From positions 6,572,001-6,636,000 of the forward strand of contig CM035356.1 of the NCBI GenBank assembly GCA_020137815.1: a stretch of 64,000 nt of DNA. The letters run 5' to 3'. The position numbers and the translations under genes were made by a program. The DNA comes from Hormiphora californensis (taxonomy: Eukaryota; Animalia; Ctenophora). Every line of letters starts with the position of its first letter. The stretch's first letter is position 1. Below the pieces are notes generated by a model, which had not been told where the DNA came from, made no database searches, and worked only from the letters and a program-made list of their open reading frames with translations. Below, one piece after another: positions 58,350 to 64,000 of this stretch.

Positions 58350-58775
58350 TGTAGCAGGTTAAGGAGGGAGCAGCAGGTTAGGGAGGAAGCAGCAGTGCAG
58401 GTTAAGGAGGATGTAGCAGGTTAAGGAGGGAGCAGCAGGTTGAGGAGGATGTAGCAGGTTTCAGGAGGGAGCAGCAGTGCAGGTTAAGGAGGGAGCAGCA
58501 GTGCAGGGTAAGGAGGGAGCAGCAGGTTAAGGAGGGAGCAGGAGGTTTCAGGAGGGAGCAGGAATGCAGGTTAAGGAGGATGTAGCAGGTTAAGGAGGAT
58601 GTAGCAGGTTAAGGAGGGAGCAGCAGGTTGAGGAGGGAGCAGCAGGTTAGGGAGGGAGCAGCAGGTTAAGGAGGGAGCAGCAGGTTAGGGAGGAAGCAGC
58701 AGTGCAGGTTAAGGAGGGAGCAGCAGTGCAGGTTAAGGAAGGAGCAGCAGGTTAAGGAGGATGTAGCAGGTTAAG
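58350..58775 (+). repeat. 19/25-bp minisatellite gcaggttaaggagggagca(gcagt)
   Basis: About 20 tandem units. Confidence 0.9.
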
Positions 58776-58789
58776 GTTAAGTCTGACTT

Positions 58790-58937
58790 TAAAGTGCGTT
58801 TCAAACGACTTGACCTGAGATTCCTGGAAATTCAGGATTTCCCCTTTGTAAATAATATAAAATATAAATTTAAAATATAAAATATAAATTTTACACGCGC
58901 AATGCGCCAAATTCCAAGTCGCTTGAAACGGACTTTA
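58790..58937. mobile_element. MITE, inverted copy of 10787-10909
   Basis: Same termini, with an AT-rich internal insertion. Confidence 0.8.
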
Positions 58938-59663
58938 AAAAAACTTTGGGCGCGTTCATTAAAATAATCTTCGAAAATTGGGACATGGACCGGCGCGCGG
59001 TAACTGCTGCGCGTTTATAATTTAAAAAAAACCGCCGAATCCATTTATTTCATTTCACAGCGGCGCTTATTCAAACTGACGGAGCGCGCAGAGCACCCTG
59101 TCGCTAAGGACTTTCACTGCGCTGACAAGCGCTTAGAAAATCATTTTGAATATCCATTTTGAATTTGCAGACTCTACAGTCGCGTGAAGGATGTTCATGT
59201 CAGAGACTTTGAATTTCAATAGGGTATTAGGGTATACCAATTATCAGGAACAGGAGATCAAGGTGACCATTTGAAAGTACGAAGTGACGAAGTGTACGAT
59301 GGTCGATGGTTTTGTTGTCAGGTACGTGTACTGAGGTACGGGGGTGGGCTTCGTCGCGCTCTACATACGTTTTTTTACAGGGGATTGCGCAACGTGCTCA
59401 CATGGTTTTGAGACAATTCAGCATAAAAACCTGGAATGTTTAGAAAGTACCCTCCCCCCCCCCCAGAGATCAGAATGAGGTGAAGACTGCAGATATTATG
59501 GTAAAAGAAGACGTGTGAAGGACAAGATATATATTACACCTGCCCTGATTAACACACACAGTGATTGTTGTTAGGGGGTGTCAACTGACAATCATGGTAA
59601 GTAGTAATCAGGGAGAGTTGTGTGACTTGCTACTTACGCAACCTGGGTCTTTATTGTTTTTTC

Positions 59664-60868
59664 AAACTTTTCAACACTACTTTAAACAAATTAATTTGAG
59701 CAGGAAGATGAATCCGATGTAACAGCCCCGAAGGGCAGAAAAACGAAACGTTGATAATGTCGGAAGCGAAGTACGAGGGCGATAACCCTATGATAAAACG
59801 ATTAGAAGAGACGGTGGATGACTTTGTTTCTGAAGTTTACCTGTTGAATTCGGACAACACGACGAGCATCACACCAGATGAGTTTACTCAATGTTATAGA
59901 TCGATTCAAGCTGCTCCCGATTCAATGTTAACCAACGACAGCTTAGCTTCGCCTAGCAAGCACTGGGGTTCGTACTTTAGACATTGTCTCAAGGACCGAA
60001 CTACGAGTGAAATAATCGAGGCTACTTCGCGTATTTTTCTCTCTAGTATGAAACTTGCCCGAGCAACAATGAACAATTTTGAAACGGTTATCAGTGTGGA
60101 AAACCTCGAGAAACAGCTGCGTGAATGTAAAGAAGAACTTGACCGCCATCGGGTTAACGTAATCGAGCTTCAGCAAACGGTTATCAACCACCAGAAGCAA
60201 CAACTCAGTACAGTGACAGCATCGGTGCAGAAGGTGAAAGCCTACTCTACTGTGCTAGCACAGAATTGTGCTGCAACCTCCCCCAAAGTGGGAAAACCAC
60301 TACCAGTGAATCATCCTACTCCCGTCCAACAGCCCGGAAGAGAGAAGAACATGGTTGTGTTTGGTCTCCCAGAAACAACCGATAGAGTAGCTAAAACTAC
60401 TTTAGACGAACTTTTTGAGGAATTAAATGAGAAACCGAAAGTGACTACGATGAAACGCATCGGCGAAAGAAATGAGAAGCGCCCTAGACCGCTCTTAGTA
60501 TCCCTGGAGAAGAGAGCGACTCTCCTCGCACTCCTCAGAAAGGCACGAAACCTCAAAGACTCCAAACAGTTTTCGGCTGTTTATCTCTCTCCGGATCTTA
60601 CGCCCTCTGAACTGAAAGAGCAAAAAGCTCTAAGGTCCACTTTGAAGCGGATACGATCAGAAGATCCTGACGGCTGCTACTTCATCCGTAATAATCTTAT
60701 CCAAGTGGGATAGTTCCCCACTAACTCACCGTTATCAGAGAACCGTGCTAGGAGCAGGCAGTCTACTGCAGTCCCTTTCAAATTAAGGAAAACGAGTTGT
60801 CTGTATACAAACTGTGTCAGTGCGGGATATAAACTGTCATTTTTATTATTATTATTATTTATTATTGT
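59664..60868 (+). mobile_element. SL-capped LINE-derived element 2 (ORF1 plus a stub of ORF2)
   Basis: 37-nt SL-like motif at 59664-59700, intronless ORF1, in-frame CLYTNCVSAGYK after the stop, (TTA)n run at 60842-60866, and a possible TSD ttattgt (59651-59657 / 60862-60868). Confidence 0.8.
59757..60713 (+). CDS. LINE ORF1p-like protein
   Basis: First in-frame ATG at 59757; REKNMVVFGLPE, RIG...RPRPLLVSL and VYLSPDLTPSE motifs; C-terminal ~200 aa clearly homologous to 16221-17243. Confidence 0.85.
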   Translation: MSEAKYEGDNPMIKRLEETVDDFVSEVYLLNSDNTTSITPDEFTQCYRSIQAAPDSMLTNDSLASPSKHWGSYFRHCLKDRTTSEIIEATSRIFLSSMKLARATMNNFETVISVENLEKQLRECKEELDRHRVNVIELQQTVINHQKQQLSTVTASVQKVKAYSTVLAQNCAATSPKVGKPLPVNHPTPVQQPGREKNMVVFGLPETTDRVAKTTLDELFEELNEKPKVTTMKRIGERNEKRPRPLLVSLEKRATLLALLRKARNLKDSKQFSAVYLSPDLTPSELKEQKALRSTLKRIRSEDPDGCYFIRNNLIQVG

Positions 60869-61318
60869 ATAGGAAACTGCTGTGTCTTTCTTTTTCGATC
60901 GTCCCCACTCCCCGTGCTAACATTTAATTTGTTATTACAGTTGTTTGAGCGTTAATAGGATAAATAACATCGAATTGTGCATATGCCAAGTACCTCGTAG
61001 GCTGTTTTTTATCAAACTTTTCAGCAATTAATTTGTCTTTTAGCCATCATAAGGGTATTTTGCTGATTAGTCTCCTTCTCTTTCTTTAAAAAAAAAGACT
61101 TTTTTACTACTAACTAACACGGCCAAGGCAGCTTAGTGCTTGTAGTGAGCAAACAGTTTTCAATAAACAGTTTCTGTCCAAAAAGAGCTGCACAAAATAT
61201 TGAAATTAGATGTTTCAGACGAGAGTCCGACACTTTTCAATACTTTCATTTACAGCGAAACCCTTGCACCAGCTACGTTTAGTCGTCGAATACCGTTTTC
61301 CCACTTTAACATGCACCA

Positions 61319-61546
61319 CTGTAAGGGGAAACTCTAGCTTCATGAATCAAGATGGAGCTCGTCACTGAGAGTATGCGACCATGACTGTGTGTCTGTCATC
61401 GCGTGCTACGTAATAGCCTGTTTTACGAGCGGAATGGGGTAAATCCTGGCACATTCCCAGTGATGAGCTCCATCATGAAGTAGAGTTTTGGCAATTATGA
61501 ACCATCGTTATTGCACATTCATCCAGCTAGAGTTTCCCCTTACAGT
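61319..61546. mobile_element. MITE (CTGTAAGGGGAAACTCTAGC termini)
   Basis: Perfect terminal IR plus an internal IR gatggagctc.tcactg. Confidence 0.8.
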
Positions 61547-62018
61547 AGTTAAAAATAGCTCTGTACAGCGTGATAAAATATCTTCAAAGCTGGTCTATTG
61601 AGCCTCAGAGTTCATTCATCGACCCATATCATTGCGTTACTGATCGAGTTGTCCAACTCTCTTTAACTGCACGTCCTTGCAGCTGCTCTCCTCCCGCGTT
61701 CAACCCATCACTTCAGCCGTCCTGCCCCCCCCCCCCCAGTTGTTCTATTATTAAATTGAATGAAAAGCAATCTCTACTCATCAGTTCGATTAATGAGCGA
61801 TTTTCGGCCAATCAAAAACGCACCACTCCTGTCACGTGATGCGGTGTGAACCAATGAAAAGCCAGCATTTGGTCAGGTGATCAAAAAGGGGCAATAACTC
61901 TCCACTGACCATGTGAACCAAAAACTAATGAATAGTAAAACTCGGTGCCCCCTCTTGTTGGAACTTTCTCTCTTTCTTTCTCTCTTTCTCTCTTTCTTTC
62001 TCTCTCTCTCTCTCTCTC

Positions 62019-62238
<220 letters not shown>

Positions 62239-63121
62239 TTTGTAGAGTGGCTATTACCGTGTAGTGTATGACAGCATGTTTCTAGTTTTCGTTACAGTTT
62301 GATCAATTTCATATCTTTCTTCGGAAAATTGCATGGTTACTTGGTGTATTCCACCAGGACACGGCGAGATAAAGTCCTTTTTTTTCAACTGTTCCCCCAA
62401 AAACTGAAATTTCATGAAATTTAGAATTTTTGCGGCGGGCGCTACACGTTAACATGTGGTAAACGCACAAAACAATTCCGTGCACGACTTTGGGGGGTGA
62501 ACAGTTGAAAAAAATGGAGTATATTCACGGATCACAATCGATACAATAGTACCTGACTGGTCACAGTGAGCCGCACACTTATCTCCAGTACCGTTTGATA
62601 GTTAAAATGAGAAGACAGCTTCTTCGTATTATACTTCTAGATAATATGATTCGTGGAATATCATAATGAAATATCGGAGATAGCATAGTCAAAGGCAAAG
62701 CCTGTTGTAGTTCCTGGCCACTCCTCTATCTTCCCCTCTCTCTCTTTCTTTTCCTGTCTACCTCCCCATCTCTCTTCTTTTCCTGTGACCTATCTCACTT
62801 CTCACTGAAAGAAATGACTATTCAATATTTCTCATACCGGTTCAATATTAGATATTGCATGCCTGTATAACAATCCATAGCTTGTTTTGCTAGCTACAGT
62901 TTTTGATCGCCTAAATATAATGTTAATGTGTCTGTTTTTTGAGGTAGATTTACTTCTAGCCCTCTTGTTAGATATCTTCAAATCCCCTCTCTTTTTCCCC
63001 ATGACAGCATCATAAAAAGGCATGACTGGGTGCAGTCCAACAAGAGAGGTTCTGGCCACACGAATGTTTCCACTTTGCTCCCAGTCAATAACTGTAATTC
63101 TCATTTGGGTAGGTCTTTTTG

Positions 63122-63223
63122 CAGGAACCGACCGACAAAGTAAACAACCAACGCATTATTTAGGTCACGTGACTGGTTATCAGCCAATCAGGGACCAGCA
63201 TTTCCTGATTCGGTCGATTCCTG
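63122..63223 (+). mobile_element. MITE family A with 8-bp TSD
   Basis: Flanked by tctttttg. Confidence 0.88.
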
Positions 63224-63561
63224 TCTTTTTGCTTAGAACTTTATTATCAACAGTAAACACCGCCGAATTTAGAACTGCATGGCGGATACGCAAACCAACA
63301 ATTTCTATTTCCATCCTTTGGAGACGAAAAGCTCCCTGTCGTTAACAAGTGTATCAGGGAGTTTGTTACTGTTGTTAACTATGACACGGTGCACCAGAAG
63401 AGTCGTCAGCCAAAACTAAAAAATGCTCAAAAAACGACTTGGGAGTCACCCAGGTTCAGGAAAGTCTCCTGGATCACACCCAAGTGGATTTTTTTTTTAT
63501 TTTTTAGTTTGGGTTGATGGCCCCGGTCGATGACTCTTCTGATGATGATGCACCCTTTCAG

Positions 63562-64000
63562 GTTTTCAACTTGATGGCCTTGAAGGTATTGACGACCCGA
63601 GAAAAGACTCGAAATGTCAACAACCTGTTTTACATAAACCTAGCTATTTGTGACATGCTAGTCGGTCTCACAACAGGTGAGAGATACTACAGATATTGTT
63701 AAGTTAAGAACAAGATATATATGATGTACAAAGTAATACAAAATATAATAATTGTTTACTTAAGTTTCATGCGTTCACAATCGTCAGAACGTAGGTAGTT
63801 TTTGTAGGGAGGATGATATTTTTAGTGGTCCGCGGGGAGTGATCCTTTCTAAACTAAGTTCTTTATTACTTGGTCTTTGTCCCTGACCCTGCAAGTTTGA
63901 ACTTATATCCCACTGTTATACAAGTTCTATATATATTTTCAAACAGGTCCCACGACGTTTATAGTTCAGATCTGTAACTCCTGGATTTTCGGTCAAACAA
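63562..64000 (+). CDS. Rhodopsin-family GPCR, partial (TM1-ECL1), continuing off the right edge
   Basis: Exon 63562-63676 VFNLMALKVL...NNLFYINLAICDMLVG and exon from 63947 PTTFIVQICNSWIFGQT; possible first exon from ATG 63279. Confidence 0.75.

Noticed and set aside
59714-59742. Hammerhead ribozyme in the leader
   Set aside because: gccccgaagggc.gaaa resembles stem II, but the CUGANGA core is missing and no stems I/III are evident.
59664-59760. SL RNA gene (also 17230-17327)
   Set aside because: The SL is followed by CA or AT rather than a GT donor, there is no evident Sm site, and it leads directly into an ORF.

Overview
Intron-rich, repeat-dense eukaryotic DNA, most likely from a ctenophore (inferred from a 37-nt motif I recall as the Pleurobrachia-type spliced leader, SL). 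Host genes: DEPDC5/IML1 (-) with a ~95% identical duplicate of its 3' end, a 5' part of CCDC97 (-), a UBE3A/E6AP-like HECT ligase (+), a mucin-stalk single-pass membrane protein (-), two rhodopsin-like GPCRs (+) and a probable secreted Cys-containing protein (-). Introns and spacers hold many MITEs and long-inverted-repeat DNA transposons. Main discovery: two diverged, intronless LINE-ORF1-encoding elements (16083-17327 on -, 59664-60868 on +) each begin with the identical 37-nt SL-like sequence, followed by a short uORF and a GCCC-N4-GGGC hairpin. The first has a (TAA)n tail and a 12-bp target-site duplication, visible only after removing a nested 4.7-kb DNA transposon. They look like SL-capped, ORF2-less retroposons. 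The assembly appears to contain indel errors, so single frameshifts should be treated cautiously. Gene assignments rest on recalled motifs, not database searches.
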